From NCBI GenBank assembly GCA_951406725.2, contig OX597817.1, forward strand, positions 56,792,001 through 56,856,000: a stretch of 64,000 nt of DNA, read 5' to 3'. Numbering within the stretch: position 1 is the first letter of the stretch; every line of letters starts with the position of its first letter. This stretch comes from Octopus vulgaris. Lineage: Eukaryota. Below, in pieces: positions 42,426-55,327 of this stretch. A model generated the notes under the pieces. The model saw only the letters and a program-made list of their open reading frames with translations, did not search any database and was not told the origin of the DNA. The position numbers and the translations under genes are program-made.

Positions 42426-42640
42426 GTAGCCAGCCAGTAGGTGTCGCTTCCGACAATCTCTGTTCGATGGTTTTATTTACCTAGTTTCGGTGGAATACAT
42501 CCACTTGTTTTCAATAATAGAAATATTAAAATAACTAAGTCTCTCTAAAAGAGAACAGCGGCAGCGTTCCCGGAAAATAATAGTTATCGCCATACTAATA
42601 TGGCATTCTTATAAAAATACACGCATAAACATATACATAC

Positions 42641-42671
<31 letters not shown>

Positions 42672-43343
42672 TGTATGTATGTATGTATGTATGCATGTAT
42701 GTATGTATGTATGTATGTATGTATGTATGTATGAATGTATGCATACATACATACCACCTAGATCTGCACCCGCGGTCGGCTTCACACACACACACATTTT
42801 TTTTATCTTTTACATATGCATGTATGTATGTATGGATGGATGGGTGGATGGATGGATGAATGGATGGATGGTTGTGTGTATGTATGTATGTATGTATGTA
42901 TGTATGTATGTATGTATGTATGCATGTATGTATGTATGCCTGCATGTATGTATATATGTATGTATGTGTGCATGTATACATACATATCTCTCGAAGTTCC
43001 TAAAAATATAAAGAATTCTGTAAACAACACATATCTACATACGTACATACACAAACACACACGCGCGTACACTCACACACACACACATACACACGCATAC
43101 ATACATAATACATGCAGATAGATACGCTATTTTATTTGAGTTTGCCCTCCAAATACATAAGTTTTTATACTTTTATTTCTTGGTTTTGAGACCTCGGCCA
43201 TGCTGTAGCTCTGTTTCTTCCCTTTCTAAACATTGTGATATATGTAAATAACAAAACTACATATATTCAATGAAACTCTGTTATCCATTTTGTTTGTTCT
43301 TTCTCATATGCATATATATATACATCCATACATACATACATAC

Positions 43344-43387
<44 letters not shown>

Positions 43388-43590
43388 AGATCGTTTGCCA
43401 TTACACACATTTTTTTCTCTCCTTGTTTTTTCTGTGTCCCTTTCTGTAGAAGAGCGTAGGCTCGAAACGTAAAAGACTTTTTTCTATTCCTGAGCGTTAT
43501 ACTAATACATCTGTTTGTTTTGTACACCAACAGTCTTCGTTTTTTGTTGTTGTTTTTTTGTAAACTCTCCATATATATATATAACGACAC

Positions 43591-44068
43591 AAAAACGCAA
43601 TAGAGGACAATAAAACATTCGTTCAGATAGACGATACAAAGGCGGACAGGAAAAACAACAATTAGATGCCTACTTTCTTTAGTCATGTTAACAGATGTCC
43701 TTCCTGTTTCGAACAGTTATACTTGAGACTGTTCGATCTGGTTGCCCCCAAAAAAAGTCTAAGCTAAAAGCATTAGATGTCCTTTGTACACTATATTCTC
43801 CGTTTTTTGTCATTGTTGCTCTACACATTCGCTAGCTTTCTTACAAAAGACATCTAATGCTCTTAGCTTAGACTTTTTGGGAGCAACCAGATCGAACATT
43901 CTCAAGTGTAACTGTCCGAAACTGTAAGGACATCTGCTAACTTGACTGAAGAAAGAAGGCCAAGAATGACACGTCCTTTTTTTACCTGTCCCTCTAATTC
44001 TTGTTTTCTCTGTCCGCCTTTGTATCGTCTATCTGACCGAATGTTTTATTGTCTCCTATTGCGTTTTT
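43591..44068. repeat. Diverged inverted repeat, arms of about 200-230 bp
   Basis: 43591-43788 versus 43842-44068, with scattered mismatches and one indel. Confidence 0.8.
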
Positions 44069-44288
44069 ATTCCATTTTTTTATATTTCTATATACATATA
44101 GAAATATGTATCGAACTCTCTCATGCACCAAATGGCAGTTGCTTAAAAGCATTCGTGAAGTAAAACCATGTAGCAACACCAAATGGCGGTGCCCCAGCAT
44201 GGCCACAGCTCGTGAGCTGAAACTAGAATCAATCAATCAATCAATCAATCATATAGCGGCATACGTACACATTTGTGTTCATCTAATA

Positions 44289-44373
<85 letters not shown>

Positions 44374-44376
44374 AAG

Positions 44377-44441
<65 letters not shown>

Positions 44442-44672
44442 TAATAAAAGGGAAGACAAACGAAGAAACGATTATCTTATGAAGTCCAGTAGCTTATAGC
44501 TTACAGCTGTTTCCACTACAGGGCGTGGCGGAATCGTAATTGAGTGCCTGAGTAACACCTTACAGTTACTCAGGCACTCAACTATGAGTCCACCTTAACT
44601 TTGTTGTGGAAGCAGCTGTAGGTTAATAGAGTTCACAAGATAATCTTTTTTCTTTTGTCATCTCTTTTGTTT

Positions 44673-44711
<39 letters not shown>

Positions 44712-44769
44712 ATGTGTGTGTGTATATATATATATGTGTGTGTGTCTGTGTATTTTTTTCTCTTTCATC

Positions 44770-45160
44770 TCTTTTACTTGTTTCAGTCATTTGACAACGG
44801 CCATGCTGGAACACCGCCTTTAGTCGAGCAAATCGACTCCAGGACTTATTCTTTGTAAGCCTAATACTTATTCGATCGGTTTCTTTTGCCGAACCGCTAA
44901 GTTACGGGGACGTAAACACACCACCATCGGTTGTCAAGTGATGATGGGGGGTCAAACACAGACACACAAGCATATACACACACGTACATAAATATATATA
45001 TATACATATATACGACGGGCTTCTTTCAGTTTCCGTCTACCAAATCCACTCACAAGGCGTTGGTCGGCCCGAGGCTATAGTAGAAGACACTTGCCCAAGG
45101 TGCCACGCAGTGGGACTGAACCTGGAACCATGTGGTTGGTAAGCAAGCTACTTATCACAC
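44770..45160 (-). mobile_element. SINE family A, full copy
   Basis: Reverse complement of 49438-49860. Confidence 0.85.
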
Positions 45161-45788
45161 ATTCAATCCTGCGCCTTGTATGTGTATATATATATAAATA
45201 TATGTATGTGTGCTTGTGAGTGTGTGTATGTATGTATGTATGTATGTATGTATGTATGTATGTATGTATGTATATATGTATTTATATATATGTATAATGT
45301 AACCACATGTGGATTGTTGGCGATTTTTTCCTCCGTCTTCCTTTTCTCTTGGACTTTCCTCTGTCTGCTGTTTCTGAAGAAGAGCTTTGCTCGAAACGTA
45401 AATCCACCTTTCTTTCCTTCTCTGAGCGTCTGCTAATACCACATCCTCACATTGCTTGGACCACATCCTCACATTGCTGGGTTTTTTTCTCTGTTTGATC
45501 TTAGCCACGAACGCGTGTCTTCATCCTAACGATATGCAGGATTGAACCCAGAGCCATTACAAAACAGTCTGACCTGACAGTCCTGAATCGTACAAAAGTA
45601 ACAGGATGCATCCAAGTTTCTAAGTTTAGTCGTTGTTTGGATGGAGATTGCGCGAAGCCTCCTTCTTCGAAAGGTGTTCAGTCAACACACACGTGCACAC
45701 ATAATGCACACACACACACGTACGTACACACATGTATGTGAATATATGTTTCGTGTGTGTGTGCGCGTGAGAGAGAGAGTGTGTGTGT

Positions 45789-45831
<43 letters not shown>

Positions 45832-46469
45832 TGTGTGTGCGTGAGAGAGAGAGAGTGTTGTGCGTGTATGTGTTTGTATGTGTGTGTGTTCGTACGTGTG
45901 TGTGCGTGAGAGAGAGATATAAAGGGCATTTTTTGTGAATCTATTATGAGTTACCTCCCTTAATAAATAGCAAGTGAACAGAACTTGTGTGATAACAACA
46001 CACACACACACACACACACACACACTGACCTGACAGAACGAGGTCCCTTTAAGACGACGTCCCCTTCAACACAAGCCATCACTTTGTCCTGTTCTGGCTA
46101 AACACTGGGCTCTTGGTGTCAGTAGTCGGGTGTTTGCTCCAACGAGGAACGAGCAACCATATCCTCCAAAATTTCACCCTAGCGTCTTATACAAAAGAAG
46201 GAACATATTAACCAGTGTGATTGTAGATGTATAGAAAGACAGGATTGCCACAGCCGGAACGCTTTTGATCGTTGACTAATCTGGAGCTAAACAACGCTAA
46301 CAACTATGTTAACGGCGACACCGCTTGTTCTGAGTTACGTCCCTTGGTATAGTCTGAGGCTTGTAAGAGTGCTCTCCCTTACAATTCTATAGCTTTAATT
46401 CTTTCCTGAGAATTAAGTTATCAATAAACTGTCAATACATTTATCACGAAAATAGTTTTTCTCAGCAGT

Positions 46470-47640
46470 TTCTTCTTCGACCACAAAATGCTGTGGACGA
46501 AAGTGGATGTGTGTGACCGCCAGGTGGCAAAAGAACTTCTTGGTTTAACCAGAAAGTTAAAAATGCCTCTAAGGTAAGCAGTGGACTTTTAAACCCTGGT
46601 TGACAAACAAGTTTCCTTTTTGCACAGGTGGGACACTGAGGCGCGAAATGTTGCTGCAGAAACAGAACGTCCAAGGCTAAGTCAGTGAAGGAAATTGGAG
46701 CTAAGCTGGACTCTAACTTTACATAGGCCAATTAATTATTCTAGTTGACGATCTGTCGACATCGTAATAAGAAGCCATTAAGAAGTCGGCTGAACTTCTC
46801 TGAACTACAAAGAGGAGCATTTTGGGGAGGGAAAGAGGATATCTTGCTTATCTAAATCCAGTCATAATAGAATCTTCTGGAAGACACATGGTACATCAAG
46901 GGGCGAAGGTTTATTTCGCAGAAACTGAAGTTATAGAAGTGATGAAAGCGTTCAAATGTGGCGAAGCCGTAGGAAAGGATAAAATTCGGCCAGAGATGTT
47001 AAATGCCTTAAACAGATATAGAGCAACATTTATATACAGACATAGAAATATTTGCCCAAGTAGAGACATGTGACCATTCGTAAAAGAACTTTGCAGAAAC
47101 CAGAAATTTCTCTTTAGACCCAAGACACTGCGAAATCCTACACAGCATGTCTTTCAATACATGGCCATATGCCTTTTCGACATCTACAAAACAAGGGTAC
47201 ACCTCTTCGCAATATTTCTATCGTTTAAGGCTACGAGCTGGCAGAAACGTTAGCACGCCGGGTCAAATGCTGAGCAGTATTTCGTCTGCCGCTACGTTCT
47301 GAATTCAAATTCCGCCGAGGTCGACATTGCCTTTCATCCTTTCGACTTCGATAAATTAAGGACCAGTTGCGTACTGAGGTCGATCTAATCGACTGGCCCC
47401 CTCCCACCAAAATTTCGGGCCTTGTGCCTAGAGTAGAAAACAATATTTCTATCGTTTATCGAAGACCTGCCATAGAGTAAATATCTGGTTGGTTGTGCCG
47501 TGTTCTGAACGGAAGCCACACAGCTCTTCAACAAGTTTGAGCGCAACACTTTCCCTCCATCTCTTTCCCAGACCTCTAGCGTAGATTTTACTAGTGATGT
47601 TCAATAAGGAGATTCCCTGTAAATCAAACATTGTCTCTAG
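46470..47640. mobile_element. Rearranged RTE-like LINE remnant (plus-strand piece joined to a minus-strand RT piece), interrupted by a SINE
   Basis: Plus: GEAVGKDKIRPEMLNAL. Minus: GISLLNITSKIYAR...CGFRSEHGTTNQIFTL and CFVDVEKAY. Confidence 0.7.
47228..47440 (+). mobile_element. SINE family B (tRNA-derived; gcctttcatcctttcggggtcgataaa core resembling the MetaSINE domain) with 18-bp TSD
   Basis: caatatttctatcgttta at 47210-47227 and 47441-47458. The B-box-like gagttcaaattcc is seen across the family. Confidence 0.85.
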
Positions 47641-48093
47641 CTTCTCTTTTATAAAAAAAAAAATAGTGGTTATCACTCTGCATCGCCATTGTATATCATT
47701 ATAACTGTATCTACATTATTAAAGACATTTGCGTTAAAAGTGTTCGAATGATTAAAATCCTCCATATTAATTATTATCGAGAAAATCTTTAAAGGCTGAG
47801 AAATCATTATTTCTAATCTAATGTGGTTCAGTTTCTTGTCTTGAATCTCATCCAAATCTGCTCACGTAACAATCATTATATTTATCACTCTCACAAAATA
47901 ATATGATTATATTAATCATCAAACAAGATACGACGATATAAATCATTACACGTTATAATTACATTAAGAGAAGTAATGATAAAAGCATTCAGTAGCCGGT
48001 GTCGTTGGAAATATTTCCCCAACAGGAAATTATGCCGGTGACATAAGTAAAAAGGTTTTCGAAATTGAATTCATTCAGAAAGACTTTCACTTA

Positions 48094-48459
48094 TCTCTCT
48101 ATATATAAAGCTGAAGTTGTCTGTGTATGGCAGGTTTGGTAGCCTTCAACTAACACTATCTCCTCCGATACCCTGCGGCGCAAGTTGACCAAAATTGAGA
48201 GTATGATACAAGAAAGTTTGCTCTTCCTTCCGTAGAAGAAAAAACTAAAATCGGACCATGTTAACCCCAAAAAGTTACATCAAAATGGTGCTTTTTTTCT
48301 ATGAAAATCCCTATTTTTTACGATTTTTTGACTGCTGTGTCACCGTTTTTCGGTGTATTTCAACCAGAAAAATGTTCACTTAAAGAGAATAACAAGCTAC
48401 ATAATGCAAAATTCTAAAGGGTCGAAACAAACCTGAACAACGCCGGGCGATACTGCTAG
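48094..48459 (+). mobile_element. Non-autonomous Helitron
   Basis: A|TC start, subterminal hairpin (cctgaacaacgccggg), CTAG|T end, no TSD. Confidence 0.7.
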
Positions 48460-48644
48460 TATATATATACGTCCTCTTCTGTGTTCAAACCATCGTAAAA
48501 GAAAAACGAGAAACATCAACCAGCCAAATAATCATTACCTATCAACTTTGGTGCTTCAAAGTGGTTGCTTGATCTGCTAGATACAGTAATCAAATATCAA
48601 TGAAATCATTCCCGGAAGACAGCCATTAACAAAATTTCCCCCAA

Positions 48645-48690
48645 GACACCTGATGAAGGCTGGAGAGTATATCCGCCGAAACGTTGTGTT
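48645..48690 (+). ncRNA. Minimal hammerhead motif of Penelope-like terminal repeat type
   Basis: GACAC-CUGAUGA-a-GGCuGGA gaguaua UCCGCC-GAAA-CG-UU-GUGUU. A truncated reverse relative lies near 50830-50900. Confidence 0.72.
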
Positions 48691-49437
48691 AACAACAAAC
48701 AGGATGTGGACAAATATCCGTCAAATGTAAATAATGTAAATAATAGCAACTTAACTTTTACATTTGAATTAGTGTTACTTCCAACTATACTTTTTTAGCT
48801 GATGACGGTTCACCGTCAACTGATACGAGATCCCAGGTGCAGAAAATACCCGTGAGTAAACATTTAGATCTTTGCCCAACAAACAAACACCCCAAATACC
48901 AATTTTTCCTTTAATATCAAAGCATCGGGTACACCTCTGTCTAATTCTGATTACATAAGGAAAATATATTCATTAAGAAATACAAACCAAAGCTAAATAA
49001 TTTATAAGAACGCAACAGAATGAGTATATACACTATATACAGGAAGTCAAAATACAGGAAGTCAAAAGCTGAGGTAACGGGTTCCTTCCGAGACTCGAAA
49101 CCCAAACTTCAAATACCTGTGTAATTACACTTTTCCGATATTACTGGCTGATGTCATCCTAGAAACTTCTCAGCTGGCCCCTCGTAATGTTGTAAGTTAT
49201 TGAGGTAGTGGGACGCTCTTTATCCTGTATCAAATAGGACGAGAATAAAACTGGTGACACCATAACGCACACACACACATCCTTCCCACTGAAAGAAAAC
49301 GTTTCGAGACGCCACTACGTCACTGGTAATGATTTCTCCTGTCACCGCTCATACTGGAGCATTGGTGTCAATTCCTCGATTCGTTCCGGCGAGTAAATAG
49401 CAGCCAGATTCTCTGAAATGTCATCATAACGAATGAG

Positions 49438-49860
49438 TGGCTGTGTGGTAAGAAGCTTGCTTACCAACCACATGGTTCCGGGTTCAGTCTCAGTGCGTGG
49501 TACCTTGGGCAAGTACCTTCTACTATGGCCTCGGGCCGACCAAAACCTTGTGAGTGGATTTGGTAGACGGAAACTGAAAGAAGCCCGTCGTATATATGTA
49601 TGTATATGTATATGTATGTGTGTACGTGTTTGTGTGTGGGGGGTGTATGTTTGTGTGTCTGTGTTTGTCTCCCCAACATCGTTTGACAATTGATGCTGGT
49701 GTGTTTACGTCCCCGTCACTTAGCGTTCGGCAAAAGAGCCCGATAGAATAAGTACTAGGCTTACAAAAGAATAAGTCCTGGGATCGATTCGCTCGACTAA
49801 AGGCGGTGCTCCAGCATGGCCGCAGTCAAATGTCTGAAACAAGTAAAAGAGTAAAAGAGT
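49438..49860 (+). mobile_element. SINE family A, full copy (tRNA-like head, CORE-like ccttgggcaag segment, internal microsatellite)
   Basis: Head ggctgtgtggtaagaagc...gggttcagtc resembles A/B boxes. Many copies in the window. Confidence 0.85.
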
Positions 49861-50553
49861 AACGAAAAATTAGCCAAGGTACGCTGGAGTGTACAAAAAG
49901 ACTGTATTGCCGCACCTGGAGCTCTTATGATCTTGGGTTTCTTTCAATTATAAATGAGATGCAGCTAAAAAAAATAGTCACAATAAGAACAACAACAACA
50001 ACGACGACGACGACCATATATTTTTCCAGTTTGGTAAAAATGCAACCTTACGCAGTTATCTCCCACAACATAGTCTTGCGCTGTAAGAGTGCTCTCCCCT
50101 GCAAACATATCGCTATAGTCTATGCTGAATCAAGCTTTTCTACATCGATATGATAATAATAATAATAATCCTTTTTACTAAAGGCACAAGGCCCGGAATT
50201 TGTGGGGATGGTGATAATCGATTACATCGACCCCAGTACTCGACTGGTACTTAATTTATCGAACCCCGAAATGATAAAAGGCAAAGTCATCCATCATGCT
50301 AACAACTCTGCCTGCTCGCTGCTCAGCCTGTAGCTGGGGAGTACAGGGTTCGATTCTCGTTGCTACCTGCTGGCAACTATTGATAGACGTAGACATGGCT
50401 ATGTGGTAAGAAGTTTGCTTCCCAACCACATGGTTCCCCGGGTTCAATCTCATTGTGTGGCACCTTGGGCAAGTGTCTACTATAGCCTCGGACCGACCGA
50501 AGGCATGTGAGTGGAGAAGCCTAACGAGTATATATATATAGAGAGAGACATAC

Positions 50554-50586
<33 letters not shown>

Positions 50587-50610
50587 CACGCACACGTGTA
50601 TATATATGTC

Positions 50611-50704
<94 letters not shown>

Positions 50705-50926
50705 TAAGGGAGCGAAACTACAAGGACTTTCCGTAGTCCGGTTGATGAGGAAATCGGCTGCGAATGATCCTTGTTTTTGTCCTGTTTGCCGTTTGTCACA
50801 CACACACAAACACACATATAGTGAATAGAATTATTTACATTATTTACATTTGACGGATATTTGTCCCCTCTTGTTTGTTGTTTCAGCTGATATACCCTCC
50901 TCTTGGGGAAATTTAGAACCTGGGTT

Positions 50927-50958
<32 letters not shown>

Positions 50959-51477
50959 CGAACTCGGAATCTTGGGGTTAGTAGCTTAACCACTACGCCA
51001 TATGCCTGTGGACAATAATGGAATGAATTTTTAGGGCTTATAAATCTAATATTCTCCTATCCTTCCTTAACACCGGTTCCCATATGCTACTTATATCTAC
51101 ACTCGGTCTGCTTAGGAGGTTGTTGTGTCCTAGCATATGTGCTGCTTCTTTTAGTTTTCGTATTTTCCAGTGTCTATTATTTTAACTTCATCTCACAGCG
51201 GGTGGTGGTTTCTATTTTTCCATACATGATCAGCTATACCCGATTTATCTGTACCCGTCAAATGTAAATAATGTACATAATTCCTCATCTCTTAAATATA
51301 GAACTGTAGTGAATAAAAGTTTTGAGTTTGCGTGAAAACAAGAGCATTGCCATTTAAGTCTATATAATTTATGATATGTGTGCATGTTACTTCATACAAT
51401 TATGAAGCCAAACTCTGGGTCACAATATTCCACATACGGTAGAGATATGGAACAGAAGCTGAGACAAAACTGTTGTC

Positions 51478-51730
51478 TCATGTAAAGTTTTTGAGTCCGT
51501 CGAAGCCATTCATGCTGCATTTTGTGGTGGCCAAACGACATCCAAATGTTATGGCGTCTTCTACAGAAAGTCCCTGGAGCAGAGAGTAAATTGTGCCGGC
51601 TGTGAATGTGTCTCCGGCGCCTAATGAATCCTCGGGGTTTGTTAACTTTTCTGCAGGACTGTGGTAAATCGCTCCGTTTGAAAGTCGACAGGTGGCGCCC
51701 TGTTCACCCCACGTACATATCAGAGCTTCA
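51478..51730 (-). CDS. KHK: Ketohexokinase-like terminal exon 8 (EALICTWGEQGA...DSLGAGDTFTAG...FGCRLATTKCSMNGFDGLKNFT*)
   Basis: Acceptor ttctttcag, TGA at 51478-51480. Contains PfkB signature 2 DxLGAGDTF with the catalytic Asp and the KHK-type C-terminus KC...GFDG. The spliced CDS is 945 nt (314 aa) with no internal stops. Confidence 0.95.
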
Positions 51731-51949
51731 CTGAAAGAACATTAAAATTTAATGTTAATTGAATATTAAATCTATATTATGTCTTGAGAGGGTCATTACG
51801 CTAATAATTATAACACACCCACTGGTTCAATATCACTTCTTTATTGTTAGTCAGTTGGTTAAATATCTCAGAACAGACTTTGAAGAGAGAGGACAAGTCA
51901 CTGAGAAAGTGGCGAATAGCGACAGAAGGACTTTGACTAACAAACAACC

Positions 51950-52354
51950 TATTTCTTTACCACACACAAAGGGCTAAACACAGAGAGGACAAGCAAGGAC
52001 AGACAAACGGATTATATCGACTCCAGTGCGTAACTGGTACTTATTTAATCGACCCCGAAAGGATGAAAGGCAAAGTCGACCTAGGCGGAATTTGAACTCA
52101 GAACGTAACGGCAGACGAAATACCTATTTCTTTACTACCCACAAGGGGCTAAACACAGAGAGGACAAACAAGGACAGACAAACGGATTAAGTCGATTATA
52201 TCGACCCCAGTGCGTAACTGGTACTTAATTCATCGACCCCGAAAGGATGAAAGGCAGAGTCGACCTCGGCGAAATTTGAACTCAGAACGTAACGCCAGAC
52301 GAAATACCTGCTAAGCATTTCGCCCGGCGTGCTAACGTTTCTGTCAGCTCACCC
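51950..52354 (-). mobile_element. SINE family B dimer with 14-bp TSD
   Basis: actaacaaacaacc at 51936-51949 and 52355-52368 brackets one full unit plus one headless unit. Confidence 0.8.
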
Positions 52355-52865
52355 ACTAACAAACAACCGAGTGATTGTTTAGTCAGCACATTAAATAAAT
52401 AATTGATCAGTTAATTGGTTAAATATTTAACCATTTAACTAACAATAAAGTGATATTGAATCAGTGCGTATGCTACTATTATTGGCATGATGACCCTCCC
52501 AAAACAAGATTAGTTTCAACACACGAATCCTCAACAAGAATCCTATTAACCAAATACAAAAATGAAATAAATCTATGCTAATTAATTAGTTAGTGAATGT
52601 TAAATGAATGTTAGTAAAGAAACTAGCTAATATACACCAAGTAACCACCACCATCGCAACAGCATCAACAACGCACTTCGCTCACTCGAGATTGCAGGAT
52701 TAGATTACAACGGAAGAATCGTGCTACTTCGCTGCATTCATTTTTATCTTTTTATCTTTTTTTTTTCTTTTGGGTGAAGGTTACAAACTATTTGAAAAGT
52801 TTTGAAGGTAAAAATTATTAATCGTATTAACATCGTTAAATTATCAATATGTAATATAATTTCTT

Positions 52866-52938
<73 letters not shown>

Positions 52939-52959
52939 CAGACAGACAGACAGACAGAC

Positions 52960-53022
<63 letters not shown>

Positions 53023-53214
53023 CGCAACAAAATTTCTTTCTGGGGTTCATTACAATCTGCTCCCTCTTAATAATTTTGAGTCCTTTCTACGAATTTAATC
53101 CTGAAACTCAGTTCGACTCAACAACTCCCACAGCTTCGACACACAACATTTCTTCTTCTCGCCATAAAATTAAGTAAAAAAAAGATGTCGGTTGGTAATC
53201 TCGACTCTGTTTAC

Positions 53215-53329
53215 CTTTGTGGACAGGAACTTGCCAATCCCGTTACTGCTTCTTCCATGGAGGAATATCCTCGGAATTTAGCGTAGTCTTTGCCAAGAAA
53301 CACATAATTTGGTTCACACAAGAGAATCT
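53215..53329 (-). CDS. KHK: Ketohexokinase-like exon 7 (EILLCEPNYVFLGKDYAKFRGYSSMEEAVTGLASSCPQ)
   Basis: Acceptor tctgttag, donor gtaaac. VF..KD.AK..G..S.EEA motif. Phases 1 and 2 fit the neighbouring exons. Confidence 0.9.
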
Positions 53330-53463
53330 CTAACAGACAAGATAGAAAACGTATAGGTCACTGTTAGTATATTCAAGACACAGTATTCGGTGATAAGTAC
53401 ATTGTCTGGTCTACACATAATGTGCGTGTGTATATTAGCATGTGCATGCTTATTGTGTGTATA

Positions 53464-53574
<111 letters not shown>

Positions 53575-53733
53575 TTGCGGGAGATTTGGTTCCTATATTA
53601 AATCATGGAACTTAATACCTGTATCCTTCGTTAGTTCACCGTCCTGACCTTTGGTACTACTAAATCGTATCATTTACTTCGTATAATATTTATTTTTTGT
53701 CTAGAAGCTGGCAAACGGTTCGCTTCAACTTAC

Positions 53734-53866
53734 CAAATTCTTTTTCAGGTTTTTCGACTTCAACAGACGTTATAATTCTTTCCTTTAAGTTTTTCGATCG
53801 GTTGGTATCGGAAAGATACTGGAGAATCTTCTTGAGCTGCTGAATATTTTCGGTGCCACTCAGAGC
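53734..53866 (-). CDS. KHK: Ketohexokinase-like exon 6 (ALSGTENIQQLKKILQYLSDTNRSKNLKERIITSVEVEKPEKEF)
   Basis: Acceptor tgtttgcag, donor gtaagt. Contains the SVEVEKP motif. Confidence 0.92.
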
Positions 53867-54789
53867 CTGCAAACACAAGATTGAAATAAAGGAGGTGCCG
53901 CAGACAATCTACTATTGTTAACTAAGAAGACATTGCACGCGTCAGTCGCAGCCAATTTACTTCATGTATGTCCCGGCTGGACATTTATCTCCATGTAGGA
54001 CTTGTAAGAAGGTGGAGCGGTTAACTGGTCAAGGACCTTGAGAGCAGCTTCCTGGGATAATTTAGTGAGCTTCGTTCTTATGAATTTTTTAACTCATTGC
54101 AGCCTTGGAGATTGACAGCCTCTGCTCCCGGGCCGAACGATTCTTGCAATCCGCAGAAAATAATGATTCCTTTAATAGACACAAGGCTGACGGGAGGGAA
54201 ATCGATGATATCGATCTCGGTTCTTGATTGTATGAGACTTTATTTTCGAATCAGTCCCGGGAGGATGAAAAGCAACGTTGAACCTCGGCGAAATTTGAAC
54301 TAAGAAAGCAAACAGCCTGAAAAAACACAGCAAGGCATTTTGTACGAAGGCTCCAATGACTTTACCAATTCGTGTTCTAATCCACACAATTTTAGAAATA
54401 ACCAATTGCGGAGGTGATATCAGCAACCATTCAGTCCAGCAAATACCTATTTCTTTACTACCCACAAGAGGCTAAACACAGAGAGGACAAAAAAGGACAG
54501 ACAAACGGATTAAGTCGATTGCATCGACCCCAGTGCGTAACTGGTACTTAATTTATCGACCCCGAAAGGATGAAAGGCAGAGTCAACCTCGGCGGAATTT
54601 GAACTCAGAACGTAACGGCAGACGAAATACCGCTAAGCATTTCGCCCAGCGTTCTAACGTTTCTGCCAGCTCGCCTCAGTAAATACCATCAAGGAAAAAC
54701 ACCATCATTGTCTCAGAGCCAGAAGAGAAGTCCAGTTCAATGAAACGTGAATCAACATCATGGCTACTTTCCACATCTCCGGGCTGGTA

Positions 54790-55250
54790 GATGAGTGTGT
54801 ATCTGGAAACGGTTAAAGTTGCAGCAACACGTTATACTAATAACGCTCCATCTAGACATAGCGATTGTCTCAAATTCCACCAAACAAATGATCATGAGAA
54901 TAACACATGGGGAAAGCTCACGGCAGGAAGTTGGCCAAGTACCAGAAGCTGGTAGGGCAGTGCAGTAATCGAAACTGGCAGGTATTGTTTCAAGGCAATT
55001 GAAGGAGGGGTTTTTAGAGCGTTCATTCTGCAAAACTTTGACTGGGATGGGAGTTACTGGAGCAGCAAAGAGGAGGGCCATAGGTTCCATCAGTGAAGCT
55101 GCAGAGAAGGCCATTAGATGGTGGCTTTGAATGAAGAGGGTAGACCAGTGCAAGCTGGGACTCGATCAACTGAGCGAGGCGGGGTCTGATATTGAAGAAC
55201 TTCAAAACCCCGGAGATCCCAGATACATCACTGACGATGTATCCCAGAGC
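54790..55250 (+). mobile_element. HERO/NeSL-like retrotransposon 3' remnant
   Basis: DIAIVSNSTKQ, RKLAKYQ.L and RRAIGSISEAAEKA.RW (RLE-domain style). The 3' UTR ends ...tacatcactgacgatgtatcc, resembling HERO ends as recalled. Confidence 0.55.
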
Positions 55251-55327
55251 ATCCGTAAGATGTATCGTAAAACTAAACTAGTTTTAATAATTTTGTAAAT
55301 AATTAAAATAGTTTAAAGCATACCGAC

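Larger units (their letters stand above)
36415..42619 (-). repeat. 362-bp tandem repeat (about 2.3 units, 830 bp without the LINE) carrying a hammerhead ribozyme; retrozyme or Penelope pseudo-LTR-like; interrupted by the Tx1 element
   Basis: The same sequence ataatagaaatattaaaataactaag starts at about 36415, 42152 and 42514, giving a period of 362. Copies look identical by eye. The array is flanked by (TA)n and TATG repeats. Confidence 0.9.

Noticed and set aside
42073-42619. Direct repeats flanking the retroelement read as LTRs
   Set aside because: The element has APE-RT LINE architecture with no integrase or protease. The repeats are a pre-existing tandem array split by a 17-bp TSD.
48799-48830. 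CTGATGA followed by a small hairpin
   Set aside because: No GAAA box or stems I/III, so it is not a hammerhead.
49438-49500. tRNA gene
   Set aside because: This is the tRNA-like head of a SINE that continues into the SINE body. No full cloverleaf.
51686-51700. CTCF-like motif cgacaggtggcgcc
   Set aside because: It lies within the KHK terminal coding exon (GATCR codons) and is explained by coding sequence.
55222-55266. gatacatc-a-CTGACGA...gatgtatc hammerhead-like fold
   Set aside because: The GAAA box is absent. It is better explained as the HERO-like 3' terminus with a local inverted repeat.
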